Shown: in pieces, positions 12,362 to 26,538 of the stretch | Position numbering within the stretch: the stretch's first letter is position 1 | Layout: every line of letters starts with the position of its first letter | DNA from: Lingula anatina | Lineage: Eukaryota; Animalia; Brachiopoda | DNA: 64,000 nucleotides | Reading direction: 5' to 3' | NCBI GenBank assembly: GCA_051362555.1 | Contig: CM120644.1 | Location: forward strand, 7,138,954 to 7,202,953 | Notes under the pieces: generated by a model | Told to the model about the DNA's origin: nothing | Databases searched by the model: none | What the model saw: only the letters and a program-made list of their open reading frames with translations | Program-made: the position numbers and the translations under genes

Positions 12362-15300
12362 CTAAAGTTTCACCTCCTTTATTTTTTGCAACATGGAGGG
12401 ACTGAACTGCATGTTATGTACGTCCAACATGGCCTCGTCCGCCGACGTGACCCGCTCTTGGCGGGAAATCACCGTCTGGACGCTAGCGTCTTGGGTTCGC
12501 GCGCTCATATTGCTGGCAGAAGACGCAGGTCGTCTGCTGGTTTCTTTCAAATGTTCCCTCAGATTGTTATTGTTGGTGGAGGGATCGGAGACGCTGGGTC
12601 GTCTGCTTTCCTGTTGCCGCCATAACTTCTCCTGCACTTTGTGCTGGTCTTCTTGCAGAGGGATCATGGCGTGTTCAAGTTTTCTCTTTTCCTTCTTTGA
12701 CTTGTCTATCTTCTGCTCCAGTTCTTCGCACGTCTCTTGCACGTGGTCAGTGAAGCGAATCATGCTCGGTCTCACGGCTAGCTCCACGTGCATGTCAGAG
12801 CGTAAGACAGATTTCCTGTACTTTTCCACTTTCATGTTCCTTCGCAGGAGAAACCTCTGTAGACGGTTTTGTTCATATTGAAGTCGAATAGTTTTGTAAT
12901 CTTCAGCTTTGGTTTGTTTCGCTTCTGTAAGTTGTTTCACCAGTTGTTCCCTTTCGTTCTGCGCCTTTTCCAATTGTGATTTCAGAGTATCAATACTCTG
13001 TTCAGTTTGATAAATCTGAATATTGAGTTCGCTCGAGCGCTCTTCGCGCTGTAGAAGTGACTGCAGTTCATCAATCTGATGAAGAAGAATTGACTCCTGG
13101 CCACCTATACTTTTTTCCAGATCTGCCAATTTATCTGAAACAGCCATTTGTATGCGCCTGATGGTTACCAACTTTTCATTCAAGTCTCGAGTTTTAGTGT
13201 TTTCTATTTCTAGCCATTTTCTAGCCAACCAAGCCGCTTTATTGCATTTGTGAGTTATATCGGGCACGAAGCGAACAAGATTGATAAGTTTAGGGTTTGT
13301 TGCCTTTTCATCAATGTAACTCTCCGTGGAGCCGTAGCTATCAACGCTAAAAAGATCGGGATTAATTTCACATTCGTCATCAAGAAGGACCTCCCACCGT
13401 TCTGTAAGATAACGCAAACGTTCAGCGACGTTTTTCAATTCCGTATTATCGTACAGTGTCGCCACCTCTTTGAACTCTTTCCCTAACATCATGAGAGCTT
13501 GATATGACGCTACCCGTGGGTCGGGAAGGGCGGGGCTCGCCGCACCAGAAACTGGCTCAGACCCCGGAAGCGGCGGCAATGGGGCGTCTAATTCCTCCAG
13601 ATTCGCTGTTGCGGCCAGCTCGGTGTTCTCCAAATCCTTCTCATCCTCCTCTTTGATAACTGAGCGCATCATGGCACTAGAGGGCGTGACACTCGGAGTC
13701 GACAGCAGCGACTCTACTCCGGGACTTTTCGTGTCTCCTCGGGAATCGTCGTAGAAATATTCCTGCAAGGGCGTGAAAATTCTCTCGGTAAAATTTTGCT
13801 TGAGTTCCCGCATGTAAATCACATAATCCAAGAACCATTTTAAATAAAGTAAAATTTTGTTCTCCCTTCTGCTTGGCGTTGACTTGCCAGAGCTGCTTCC
13901 TGAGTTAGAGCTGTTTGACGCGCTTCCTTCATTTAAGGCACTCGCGTTCTTCTCTAATTCTTGCACTATGCTCCTAATGTTGGCAAGGGAGTAAACTCCT
14001 CCAAGTTTCTTGGCGAGTGGACTGTTATTAAGTTCCGTCATCATTTTGTGAAAAGTCTCATCGCTAAATGTCTCTGAGCTTAGTTTCACCTTTTCCTCGA
14101 AAGCCTCTATCTGTCTGTACATGATCTGTGTACGCGCTTCAGCTTCCATGGTGTCCTCCACGCGTAGAGTAGGCTGCAATGACAGAAAGGGGTAGAATTA
14201 GCCAGACAAAATACCAAGAAACCGAAAAATACGTGCGTATAATATATGTATTTTAAAAAGTCTCAATATTATTTTGATGAAAGAATAAGTGATGTCAAGC
14301 TTAGTGGTCAGATTTTAGATGTACAAAAATGTAGTTTATTCTGTCAAATATGACATTAATTTAAAGCAAACCTCCGCTGGAGGTATATAAAGGATTTTGT
14401 AACATAAAGACAACTGAAATTTGTTGACTTAAACCATGTTGTCTGACATTGAAAAGCAGCTGGAAATTAAAAGAAGTATAAATTTGGTAAGTGAAAAATT
14501 CACATCAGTTGAAGATATCATGCAACGTCGAACTAACTAACTAACTAACGGCTACCTTTCATGCCCTAAATTATTGATTTACCAAATATTCAATATGCCA
14601 TAGATCGCCACTGGTCTTTGGATTTAAAAAGACCATTTGGAAAAGTCACCCCAACGATTTTCAAGGGTCGAGCCAATGGCCCCGAACCGATACGCTGGAC
14701 AAAGAAGAGCCCCAATACCAAAGGCAGATTTAAAAGGAAAGGCGTCATCGGTCGATAGTTCAAAAAAGGCGAATCGTGTTGAGTTGAATGAAAATAAAAA
14801 GTGGGAAAGGATCTTAAGTGTGAGAATGTTGATTTCAACACGAACTTTCTGCAAACTATCACCTTTGGCGATGTGATTGCATGGACATCAATTAAAATGA
14901 CAACCATTCATTTCCGACATGTTTTTGAAAGGTATCGCGAGCCATGGGGTGCTTGAAAATGCAAGTCACTTTTAAATAATCGATTTTCTTAGGACGGACC
15001 AAACATATTGTTCACCGCTGATCAAACGTGTATCATCGTTCCACCTAATTATGGGTATTATAGTAGACCTATTCTGTTCTTATATGCCTACATGTAAACG
15101 GGTCTAAATGTAAAATATTGCATTGAACGCTTAATAGAGTACTCGCAGAACTAAAAGCCATTCATCTTTTTTCTTTATATTTGTGTCGAATGACTGCATT
15201 GTTCTGTTCATTGATTGCCTTATTATCAGCTAAAATGATAGGTTTCGATAATGCAGTACCATTGTATTTTCACTGAAACACACACGTGCCGTGATGCTTT

Positions 15301-18300
15301 GTATAAATGCTGGTGCGAATAAATGGTTATTGTTGACGTCAAGTTTGCAAGCTTTCGCGAAATGTAGAAAACTCCTGTCTAATTAAAACACAATGACGTG
15401 TTAGAATACATGAAACACATTCCAGAAACGAAAGAATGAGTCTCTTCCAGGTTGTTCGGTCTGACAGAGTTTTTGGCTTTAATGAATGAAGCAATTTTCT
15501 TTCCCTTTTAGTGAGAATGCATATGTTCTGCATATGTGAATATACGAAAAGTGACGAAGACATGTTATCCATAATTTGGCACTCAAAGACCGGCCTTGGT
15601 TAAGTTCAGACGATGAAAAACCAGTTCGGTGCCGAGTAGTCTGGAATCTCACATACCATCGATACTGGGGTCGTTGTGTAGTAATTGTTCAATCAGGTGA
15701 CTGTCAAAATGAATGGGTACAAGAATATTACAGAATTCCTATAAATAACCCGATACGCTCACCTCATCCCGATGCCCTTTTTATAAATCACACCACTCGC
15801 AAACCAAGGTTTTAATGTATTGTTATTTATTGGTCTCAGTGAAGCGATATCAGAAATTGGTACGAAAATATTCCAGATCGAATTCGTCCACTTAACATTA
15901 GGTCACATTGCAACCACGTTTCCAATGACAATTTGTCAAGGGGCCACTCCAAATACAATTCTTCTGACAATGAACGGTAATGTCTGCCTCCTGCGGCCAT
16001 TAGGAGTCATCGAGTACAAAAATTGCGGCGTTATGTATTGAAACAAAATCTTTATTTTTTCTTTTCCAGAAAAATTCGATTTAGTGCGGAAATCCAGGAT
16101 GGGATATCTTTGACCAAACTACGCATAGTATACATGTACATAACTTTCACTTTCAGTACCCTTTGTTTGAGGTGTTTTGCTATTGTTGATACCATAGTGA
16201 AAACATAGCGGGGTGTTTTTAGATCCAGTGATGGAATCCTTGGCACTGTCAATGTAGGGAAACCACAGGCGGTGACTCCTGAGGTGAAACCACCATTAAG
16301 AACCCCTACTGTTTTGACCAAGAAATCGATAACCGATTAAAACAACGTTCTTAACAGACATAGGGGGCAAAACGATCGCACCGCACAATAGGTTTTGACG
16401 ATGTATTCGATATTTTCACCCCTACTGTCCAATGTCAAATTAACCTGGTTATGGCACTCAGAATATGGTTTCCAAGGGCGTTTTGTCCCAGTTCTAGAAC
16501 ATTTATTGACTTCATTTGGTTTCGAACAAAACTTTATGCCTTATCAATTGTATATTGAGTCCCTAAATGTCATCTCCAATACCTTAATTTATGCATTTAT
16601 TTAACATTTTGCCTCTAGTAAATTGTTTAATTTAATGCAAATATCAATTTTTCTTTTAGATAAAAAAACTAGGTTGTCATATTCTTGCAGTATACATGTA
16701 TGATAAAGTAGACATTACACTTCGTCCCTTGACGTATTTTCTTGTAACTTGATATTCAATTTTTTAAGAACATTTTTGAAAGGGCATCAAAGGAAATCAA
16801 AAGTTATACCGGTTATTTCCGAACACTTCATTCAATCGATTCAAACACTTTCACTCTGACGAAGATCTATCGCTATAAACACATATACACTCATAAATCT
16901 GGGTAACATTTGCCGATTTTCTTGCCAAAGATCCGAATATCACGTTATATAAACCATCGATTTTAAAAGTCTATTGTAGGGCTCTTCTCTAACAAACCAA
17001 GCAGTGGGCGGCCGTCGTTCATTCACTCTCACCCCACGCGCAATCGAGCAATTAACTCCAACTGGGGTAGTGACGTCATGGGGGATGATTCAGACAAAGG
17101 GCCCTGGCTTTAGGACATGGTGTGCTCTTTGATGATAGAGGTCGTCACTTCATGCTCTTGCTTGGACCCCACGTGGAGGAGAGAGGGGAAAACGTACAGG
17201 GTGGACCACAAATTTCGCACCACTTAGGAGAATCTTGACTTATACATCAACAGAACTTGTATTAGCAAGTCTGAATCAAATAAACACTTAAACATGCATA
17301 AATCAGCAAAATTTTAGCCCTTTTTTTCATTTATCTATTGAATAATTCATTCATGGAATTTCGATGGCACATACTGTACCGGTATATACCTAAAACGGCG
17401 TAATACTGTGCCTCCCGCTGAACTTGCCATAACACTTAAATACCGAGATCAGACACGTTCTGCAATAACCAGAGCGGTTCCTTCGAAAAGGGAAGCCGAG
17501 AGAAACGGGAGGCAGCGCCAGTGAATGTTGCCTTTGCTTACCAGGGCCACCATAATCATCCAACGCCAAAGATACAAGACACATTGTAAATCCAGACTTG
17601 TGTTGTACTTATCCATACGATCGGGAACACACAAACAGCTGGCAGAAATCTCTGAATCTCTGTATATTATTTCTTAATACAACCAGCTTTAATAGATGAA
17701 TAAAATTTTGAAAAAAGGCGATTAAGATAAATAAGATAAAATAAGATGGGATAAAAAATACATAAGGGGCAAAAAGTGTAAAAGAAAATTAATTTAAAAA
17801 GCTTTTAAAAGTAGTCCCATAAGTATTTATTCCTCAGATATAAAGAACGAGGCAAAACGCACTAGCGCGAGTTTTTGAGTCCCCCTGTGGAAGTGCTTTG
17901 TACACACATTGGTGTAATACTGTAGTATCGGAATTTAGATTTATCAATACAAAGTCTTAATTTCGCTAATTAACATTGACCGCGTGGCATATTGAATACA
18001 CATTACCTGTCGTCTCCCTATCAAGCAGGGTCGATCAGATATCTCTAAATTCGTGTAAAAATCACGCGCGCCCCTACGAACAAACATGTGCGCGCGCACG
18101 CAGGGTTCATATATCTGATCAAGTTTTAAATTCGTGACTCTGTCTGCAGACTCGTCCCTTTCAGTGACATACGGTGACACTGACAAAATGTCACCAGATC
18201 TCATTGAACAGTACTACAGTGTCTTGCATAGATGCATTCAATACAAAAATACCCTTTTCAAGTTCCAACAGCAGCTAAAACTATACAGTGCATGAATTGA

Positions 18301-19423
18301 GCAAATTCTAGATAAATGAATAAGTGAAAATTGTAAATCAAATCAAACAAAATCAGTAAAATTTCACTTCAAGGTATTCATGATGACAAGCTGTACACTA
18401 GGTCACTAAAAATGATCTACCAACAGTTTTCACAAGGATACCATTGGAAGAAAAGCGCGCAATCTCGTCGCTCATAGACTGTCGTGCATGACTATTACAA
18501 GATTTGCCTATGAAATCAAAATATCCGAGAGAATAGCCAGTGTTTCGGAAAATATTGAACGTCTTAATCAATCGATCAGCTGTGTTATTGAAAGGTGACC
18601 TGTCCACTACGCTCACAAAGCAATATATTCCTTTGCATTGATTGATATTCCTATTGACTCCGATATCAAAGAATTTGGAATTTTTAAATATTTCGTTCGT
18701 GAATTCAGTTTTTAGAATGTTTTCTTTATCTATTCCTTTTAATTAATTTATTAATCTATATATTTTTGTCTATCACCGTGGAATTGATATTGAAGCACAC
18801 CAAAGTAACTAAATGAAACCTTTTTCATGCCGCTTTTAGATTGAAAAATAATGTCATCATACAGCAAATTATGCAGGGAAGATGGCGAATTAATTGTCTT
18901 AACTGCAAGTCGGCGCTCTGAATAGGAGGAAATTAGTTACACTGGTTGCGTGCAATTAATGTTTTATCAAGTAACAGAGAAACGTAGCGTTAAAACTGCG
19001 ATATAAAACAATCAATAATGTATGATGTTTGAGAACTTCACGTAATTTCCCCCAAATGTTCATTATACCCAAAATGCGCATGTATTAGAAAAAAAGCTAC
19101 ACGATTTGCGACATATGTAGTAATTGAATCGTAGGTAAAAATATGTGTTCGAGGGATAATCGAAATCTTTGTCGTTATTTGTTCCAAGGAGATGGTGACC
19201 CTCTGTGTTAAATAAGGGGAAACGTACTGAGTTCAATGTGTCTGTTACGGTTTGAGACTTTTTATGCCCCTGTGTTCATTTGAAGTATTTTCATATTTTG
19301 GTACATGTATAAGAATATAAGAGACTTTATAAATAAACAGGCGAATAATTACAAAATCGAATGAGTGAATATAAAAAAAATAGGAAGTAAGAGAGCACTC
19401 ACCTTTGCCTTCTCGTCTGCCAT
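12362..19423 (-). CDS. Uncharacterised coiled-coil protein, about 610 aa
   Basis: A 1812-nt open exon 14173-12362 follows acceptor TTGCAG. The upstream exon 19453-19403 (TTCTTCAG acceptor, GTGAGT donor) supplies MADEKAK in phase 0, joining in frame to PTLRVEDTMEAE. An alternative start ACCATGG is at 14149. The C-terminal half is a long E/K/Q/L-rich heptad region. Confidence 0.8.
17071..17078. promoter_or_regulatory. Perfect CRE palindrome TGACGTCA
   Basis: Directly visible in a GC-richer patch (17000-17230) within the coiled-coil gene intron. Function is untested. Confidence 0.3.
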
Positions 19424-21597
19424 TTTGGAAAATGCTGGTCGATCGTCTGCCCACTGAAGAAAATAAAAAGTTCGATATATTCACGAAACCCATATCTAAT
19501 GTTACAACCAATGGGTGAGAAGATAATATTTGATGTGAAATAGAAAATGCCCCAGATGTTACTTTTACTATAAGAACAACCAGGATCCTGTATAACTACA
19601 AATCTGAAGATGACTGAGAATACATAGCGTCAAATATGCATTAAATTTTCAAAAAGAAATTAAAGTATTTAGAACTTATAACTAGGCTCTAGGGATTTAT
19701 TGTAATTTTCCTGACATTTGCTTTTTTATTCACAATGGTTTCTTTACAGACGGCACATTTTAGGCATTTAGCAGTTATCTAGGATTGAGGTCTAATCGTT
19801 CGCAAAAAAAGCTCTTTTTCGTGTTTGTTTTATAAAACAGTTTAACGCCGATGAACAGTTTCATTTGCTTCAAATTAGTAACCATAGAACAAAAGTCTTT
19901 TTCATCAACTACATGTACAGCCTTGTGACCGGTCACAGCGGGGACTGCTGACGAAATATCGGATCTTGCCAACATTCCACTGTACCACAGTTAATGTGCT
20001 GCTAATGATACAATTAATATGTAATTTTTATATAACTTATATGCATAGTTGTTTAGAAAATATCTGAGTGTGATGGGAGATAAAATACTAAATCTTTAAT
20101 CCGTAAATATAAGTGAAAACCAGTTCCCTCGTGGTTAATATAGTTAAATGACACCGTAATAAGAAAATAGCTTAATTAACAAGTTGATTTCAAACTTTAA
20201 ACTATAAATACTAAGGTTTAAAACAAAATTAAGTGTCCTTACTGTATTTATACATCAACAAGAGCTCAACAATGCATACCTTTCACCTAGATATCACTGT
20301 AAAGGCGCATGGATTTTCAATAAGCCGTAACACATTCTTTGGCTTATGTACGCAAATCTTTTCACTCTCTTATGCCATTTTGCCTATATGTTCCAGCACA
20401 AATACATGGATTTTCAATATGTGATCCCGTTCCTTCGCTTATTTACCTAATTTCTGCTATTGTTTTAGCCACTTGCTAGCGTTCTATAACGAGAACATCA
20501 AAAGGAATTATTCACACCATTACTTCATCTTGCAATTGCCAACACTATCTTTGGAGCGCGCACTGCCGGTAGCGTCTGATCCAATAGTAACAAATACTAT
20601 ACATAAGTGCAATGAATCTGAGAACGCAGGCGAATTTGGCAAACGGTATTACGGTTGATCTAAAACAAAAGGAGCAACCAGTCGTGATACTATATATATA
20701 CTGTAGTGTGATGCCGTAGTATTAGGCCTGAGGGTGAGCGTGGGATTTTAGAACCCCACGTAGTTTGTACACACGGATTATGATTATTACAAATATTTAA
20801 TAACATTGAATAAGTTATGATAATACAGCGAAATAAGATGAAAAATTATGTAAAAGATCAAACGAATAAGTAGATTACGCGTAAATATTTAAGTGCATAA
20901 GGAAAATAGTTGGATTCATTGGATGAACTAATAAATGAATAAAGAAAATAATAGAACACAAAAAGACCAAATCTATATTACCCTGTCGTCATAAACATTT
21001 TAAAAAAATATTAACCGAGCAGCGCTACGTTCGGTTCTTGAACTTAAAGTGCACTCTGAAATATGTTCTTGATAATCGAATTTTTTCGATAGGTACACAG
21101 CGTAAATAGACGATAACTTGCATAAACTGCATTTTCTAATCGCGTATGAAATCAATCAGAACACGGGCCGCTGATAACATGCTTCATAAAAAAATAATTT
21201 TCAAATAAATTTTCAAGATCTTTCCTGGGGCCCTTCAATTTAATGTCTCATATCTTTATAATTCTATTTCTTTGAAACCTTGTGCATTTGACAACAATAA
21301 ACCAATAAATCATTAACATTATATTTTAAATACGATAACCTTTGATACTCCATCAAGGCGAATGATCATATTTTTTATCAACACGTTTAATCAATTAATA
21401 GAGTTTCTTATCAGGCGCCAGTTATGATTATTTCATATCGAATAGATACTAAGGCCACATATAGGCCTAGCTATCATTACATTTTCTTATCATTCCGTCA
21501 ACTCTGCGTTACGCGATATGTAGCGTATTAATTGACTTGAATTAACACTTCCCACGTTGAAGTATCTGCTCTTATTTTCACTAAAAACGTGCATTAG

Positions 21598-21774
21598 CAG
21601 GCCCGTAGCCAGCAATTTCAAAGGGGGGGTTCTTTTTCTGAAAAAGTGGACCTTTTACCATATAATACCCATGTACCTACGTCAAATTTTACCTAGAGTG
21701 GACCTTTTAACAGCAAAAAGGGGGGTTCTTTCGAACCCCCCCCCCCGACCCCCCCCCCCCTGGCTACGGGCCTG
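21598..21774. mobile_element. MITE with 15-bp TIR (hAT-like CAG...CTG termini)
   Basis: Perfect inverted termini CAGGCCCGTAGCCAG ... CTGGCTACGGGCCTG. Internal duplications of AAAGGGGGG(G)TTCTTT and AGTGGACCTTTTA. No clear 8-bp TSD. Confidence 0.85.
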
Positions 21775-22238
21775 ATTTGACAACTAGATCGTCTTTGTGA
21801 TTGTCTTATACGCAGTTGCAGTTTGTAAATTCTGTCTAAACGTATTGTCTATCTGACTTTTACTGTCTTGGTAACCTATTTGATGTACTCAGTAACTCGC
21901 AGCTGCATGTACTGCATGTATTAGACTTATACTGTAGTAATGCCAAGCGTACAATTAAGCAAATGATTTATTACACGAACGATATCATCAGCTACTCGTA
22001 ATTTGTCAATAACTTTTTATTGCTTTATGCCATTGCTGCTGTAAGTATGGATCTTCTAACGTCAGCGTGGAGTATGTTTCAAGGTCTCTCTCTCTCTCTC
22101 TCTCGTGCAGTACATGGATTAGTTTTTTATATCTACTGAATATTGATTTCTTCACCGGACCTTAGCAGCTAATGCAAATACTCTTATAACCTTATAGACT
22201 GAACACTACATTTGATACAAACACAGTTGTGTTCTTAC

Positions 22239-22700
22239 CTGTCTGTCTAGTCACCTGTCCTCGGTCGGCTATCCGTAGGCCCCCATTCGTAAACTTGTCC
22301 ACCCCAACAACACTAGCATTCAGTGTTGACCACACAAGGGGTCAGTTACTGCGTTGGTCACTACCCTTAACGTCAGCACAGGCTATCCGGCGTTCTCATG
22401 GACAAGCCACTCGCGTCTCATATACACACTGTTCTGAACGCCGACTGGCAACTTATTATTCCCAACTGCCTTTTAAATAGCGGCAGTGTACTCCCTACGT
22501 GTGTGACGCTTTGAGCGTTGCCCGCCACCGGCTCTGTGCTCTACGTGACGCCGGAATGTCGCGCTGCTCGGTATCTAGCGGCCTCGGTATCTAGTGAGGC
22601 AGTGACGAGATCGATCGCTTGCTGTGTTACGCTGATCAATAGCAGCACACACACAGAGATTCGTCGATCACCACGTACCTTGATCATCGGGTGCAGTTTT
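22239..22700 (-). promoter_or_regulatory. Putative promoter and non-coding first exon of the coiled-coil gene
   Basis: CpG-rich patch with a minus-strand donor CAG|GTAAGA at about 22238 and a TATA-like CTATTTAAAA at 22471-22480. Upstream are TACGTG and TGACG motifs. The link to the gene is inferred. Confidence 0.45.
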
Positions 22701-23454
22701 GACGATGCCGTAATTGGTCTCCATGGGCTGATGGATATCGCGGCGGGGTGCATGACGCAATTGAAGATTTTTTTATGTGTGTTTTGTTCGAATTCATTCA
22801 TTCATGAATTTTTCATTGATGAAATCGTTAATTAGCCTACGATTGCTAATTGTTCTTCCATACTCCGCCCGTTCATTTATGCCCTTATTCGTCCATTCAT
22901 TCATTTATTCATGTTCACTCACGCATCCTCTCATCCATCTGTCTGTTCATTCATAAAGTAATACAGTATCCACTTCCACACTCGTTCATCCGGATCCATA
23001 TCTCAATACGTTATTCACTGAGTAATGAGCGGTATGGAATATCTTTTCCGTACGGAGATATTCTAAAGGCCTTTCACCAGAGGAATTGGCTCGACCTAAT
23101 GTAATTTAAATAGAAATTGGGTCTCATTATTAGACATTACGATAACCTCACAGTACGGCGGCCCTTAATTACAATGGTGTCACTGCTGTTCTTGTGTGTG
23201 TACGCTAAGGTCTGTTTTCAGTGAACATGGGTCGGCATAACTTAGTACGACCCATATCAGAAGGCTTTCTTATTATGATTAGATCACCACAGGAGGACAA
23301 TGTGTACAACGCCTGACTTGCCTCTATCAAATTAAAATAACTTTTTATGGGACAAGGGATTGATTAGTTGTACCTCATGTGGTGACCTTATAACCCCTTC
23401 TTGTAGCTTACAAATGATTTTTGCCGAGAATTGGTCTAAATCTTAAGGCTAGGC

Positions 23455-23630
23455 CTGGTGTAACGGAACTGAGGGTCCGCGTAACAGAAAGTCCGAACTC
23501 CATATAGGGGCCTAGTTAATGGTTAGGGTTAGTCTGACCTAAGTGGGTCAAAATCTAGGGCGAGGCTTACCTGTACAAATGAATGGGAAGCGGACTCTCT
23601 GTTATGGGGGACTCTGTCACGTTACACCGG
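23455..23630. mobile_element. MITE with internal telomere-like repeat, copy 1
   Basis: Termini CTGGTGTAACG ... CGTTACACCGG with a longer imperfect inverted repeat. It has central GGTTAGGGTTAG and is homologous to 24967-25137. Confidence 0.75.
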
Positions 23631-23790
23631 TTTTACCAAAAAAAAAAATATGTCAGTTCCCTGGCTAAGGATATGTGTATGGTGTCATGAGAGTGCTGTA
23701 ACGTTGTTCCTGATAGGGTAAGACGTGTGCATGTGACCTTGTAACGTTGGTAACAAAGATGTTAGCCACTTGAAATGACTTAAGTTTTTA

Positions 23791-23834
<44 letters not shown>

Positions 23835-24966
23835 TTTAACCGGGGCAAGAATTTTAGTTTACTTTTAGTGAGGAAAACCAGGTATTGTCCAATGTGAATG
23901 ACATTTTACAACCAGAAAAGCCTAGTCAATGTTGCAGGCTAATGTGTACTTTATTTAAGTGGCCTTTTATGGATTTGCTTTGAACTGAACTAGACCAAAT
24001 TTCTGATTAAATATTTAGTCCAATTTTGGGCTTAGGTTTCTTCATTGTGAAAGACAGGTCGTGTTAAGTGAAGTTGGCCTTTATCCACATGTACAAAACA
24101 ATGTGTACAGAGTGACATAATGGATGTTATCATGACAAATTGTAGAACAATACGAGAGGTAGCAATGAAATTATTTTAAGTCAATATTGATGTATTTTAT
24201 TTGCATTTCTACCTCTATGGTCGTTCAGCGGAACTGAAAACATCAATATGGGGCCTTGAACACCTTGAAGATCATGTAGACCGCATCTTAAGTCGATAAT
24301 GAGAGAGTCGTCGAGAAAGGAAGATACATTATTGAACTAAATTGCTCCAGTATTATATCACTGCTTAATTTTACAGGACGCACATTTGACACCAAGAATC
24401 AAATAGGTACAAGTTCTAATGCGCGGAACATGACGCCAACACTTTCTCTAATTCTTTCTTAATTCTTGTCCACATTATTCATTTAATTTGATTTCAGTGA
24501 GACCTTTTGAGATTCTTAAACAGTAAACTTGATTAACTATATTAACTGTTTATCCAAGCAGCAAATCAGAAGGAAAATAACAGTCTTTTCGTGTTACACA
24601 AAGGAAGACCTTAGCAAAATCGTTACGGTAGCACTTAGGCGTATATAAAATTGAGAACGGATAACGGATATTGGAACAATCAAGATTTGAAAGAGTTTGC
24701 AAAACAAAAACGTCTGATAACGCTGACTGCACTAATTTGAAGTCAAGAAAAACTCGATTAAAATAATAATAATAGCGTCAGAATACAAGGTGATCCTGTG
24801 CTTTTTGTCATATGCGATTTGTTTATAATTAACATTACAATTGTTGTGTTGTGGTGTTTTTAATGCTCTGATTAAGTCGACGCTTTTCGATTGAATTGGA
24901 GCAATACAAAAAAAGCAAGGAATCGTCTTCGCATGTTGTGTTTATTGATGACAAGTAGTTTAGGTG

Positions 24967-25137
24967 CCGGTGTCACAGCAATGGCAGTCCTGGGAATGGA
25001 AGTCCGGGGTCCAATATGATAAGTACAGGTTAGGGTTAATCGGAGTATTGGGGTTAGTATATGGGGCGAATGTGACCTGTACAAAGTAATGGGAACGGAC
25101 TACGGTTCCTGGAAGACTACCATTCCTGTTACACCGG
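24967..25137. mobile_element. MITE with internal telomere-like repeat, copy 2
   Basis: Termini CCGGTGTCACAGCAATGGCAGTC ... GACTACCATTCCTGTTACACCGG. It has GGTTAGGGTTA and shares ACCTGTACAAA..AATGGGAA.CGGACT with copy 1. Confidence 0.75.
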
Positions 25138-26538
25138 CTAAATGAGTGCCTGCGTGCTATATTAACTCCTTCATTAAAATACCGAAATAAAATTGTAAAA
25201 TATGCTGAGAAATGGAAAAATATTCGGACAAACCATGCTATATGGACTTAAATTAATCTAATACTGAATAAAAATGTTCACATATTCGAAATGAATGTTT
25301 CATCTTGAAAACATCAGTAAACCACAATAATACCATCGGTGGACTTAAAAAAGAATTACAACAACAACCATAACACCAGCGTCGACAATAACAACAGTCC
25401 AGACGACCTCCCCGGCGTCCTAACTTAACTGTTTATTATCAAAGTATCAATCGGCCCAACCCTGATCCCTCCCGGAGTGGGAGGGTGTGTGGTAAGAAAA
25501 GAATTCCCACAATCGCACAAAAATCGATCTGAAGGGTGTTTGTTTGTACCAGATCACACTTGAAAATGGCCAACAGTTCACGTACAAGTGAGTACATATA
25601 CAGCACCCTGAGTTTTGGAGACTGTCAGAGTGAATGTTCTATGTGTCAGCGCCTCTGACGTATCCAGGATATGAATAAGGGGGCAACGGTCCTTTGCACC
25701 CCCCTTACCCCCCCCCCCCCTACACACACACACAGGCACACACAAACACACACACACACACACACACATACACACACACACGTCGCCATCACTACAAGTA
25801 CAAAGGGAATTGTAGATCACATGGTTAAATATGGGGACAGTTTGTAGTAGCTACATGGGTTTCAATCCAGTCTTTTTCTCATTTTAGGTGAGGGTCAGGT
25901 TATGAATCCACAGAATTTTTTTCACGGCTGGCGGGGGGCAGTGATAGCAGGCAAAATTACAAGTTGCAGGTTTTATTTCGAACCACGACCGTCTTTTCTC
26001 TCCAAAGAGTATCCGCATGCAGTTAATATGCTATTTGTCTGAACAGTGGTCAGTTTTTCTATTCCGTGATTTCTATTATTCATTTCCTCAAACGTTAGGA
26101 TATTTTGGCAGCATCATTCGATAAAATGATAAACAGAATGAAGAGACAGAGGATGCCAAAGTCATTTTGATCTCCATGCAATGCTTGTTTTTATAACCCG
26201 AAAAATCAGTATCGATATTAAGACTGCGCAAAAGGTGATAACGCCATTAAGTCATCCTCGGGTGATTCCGTAACGATTTTTTCCGAACAATGATTACAGC
26301 TCTCTGTGAGACAATTGCATGCGCACGAAAAGACGTTTTAGATTTTGCATGAACCACAGACCGTGTATATCAATCATATGAGTATTAACTGCATATTATC
26401 ATTGAAACGGGCGTATTAATTATATTCTTTTCACCAACACATTTTGTGCAAGCAGGTGTCCTCATTTTCAATGCACATTCCTTGCCAGCATATTCATAAG
26501 TTAATAGGAAAATACACTTGCACGAAATACTCCACTTA

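Noticed and set aside
12393-12881. 162-aa plus-strand ORF
   Set aside because: Antisense shadow of the coiled-coil exon, with no independent features.
25845-25875. Weak B-box-like GGTTTCAATCC
   Set aside because: No A-box or cloverleaf, so a tRNA or SINE cannot be supported.
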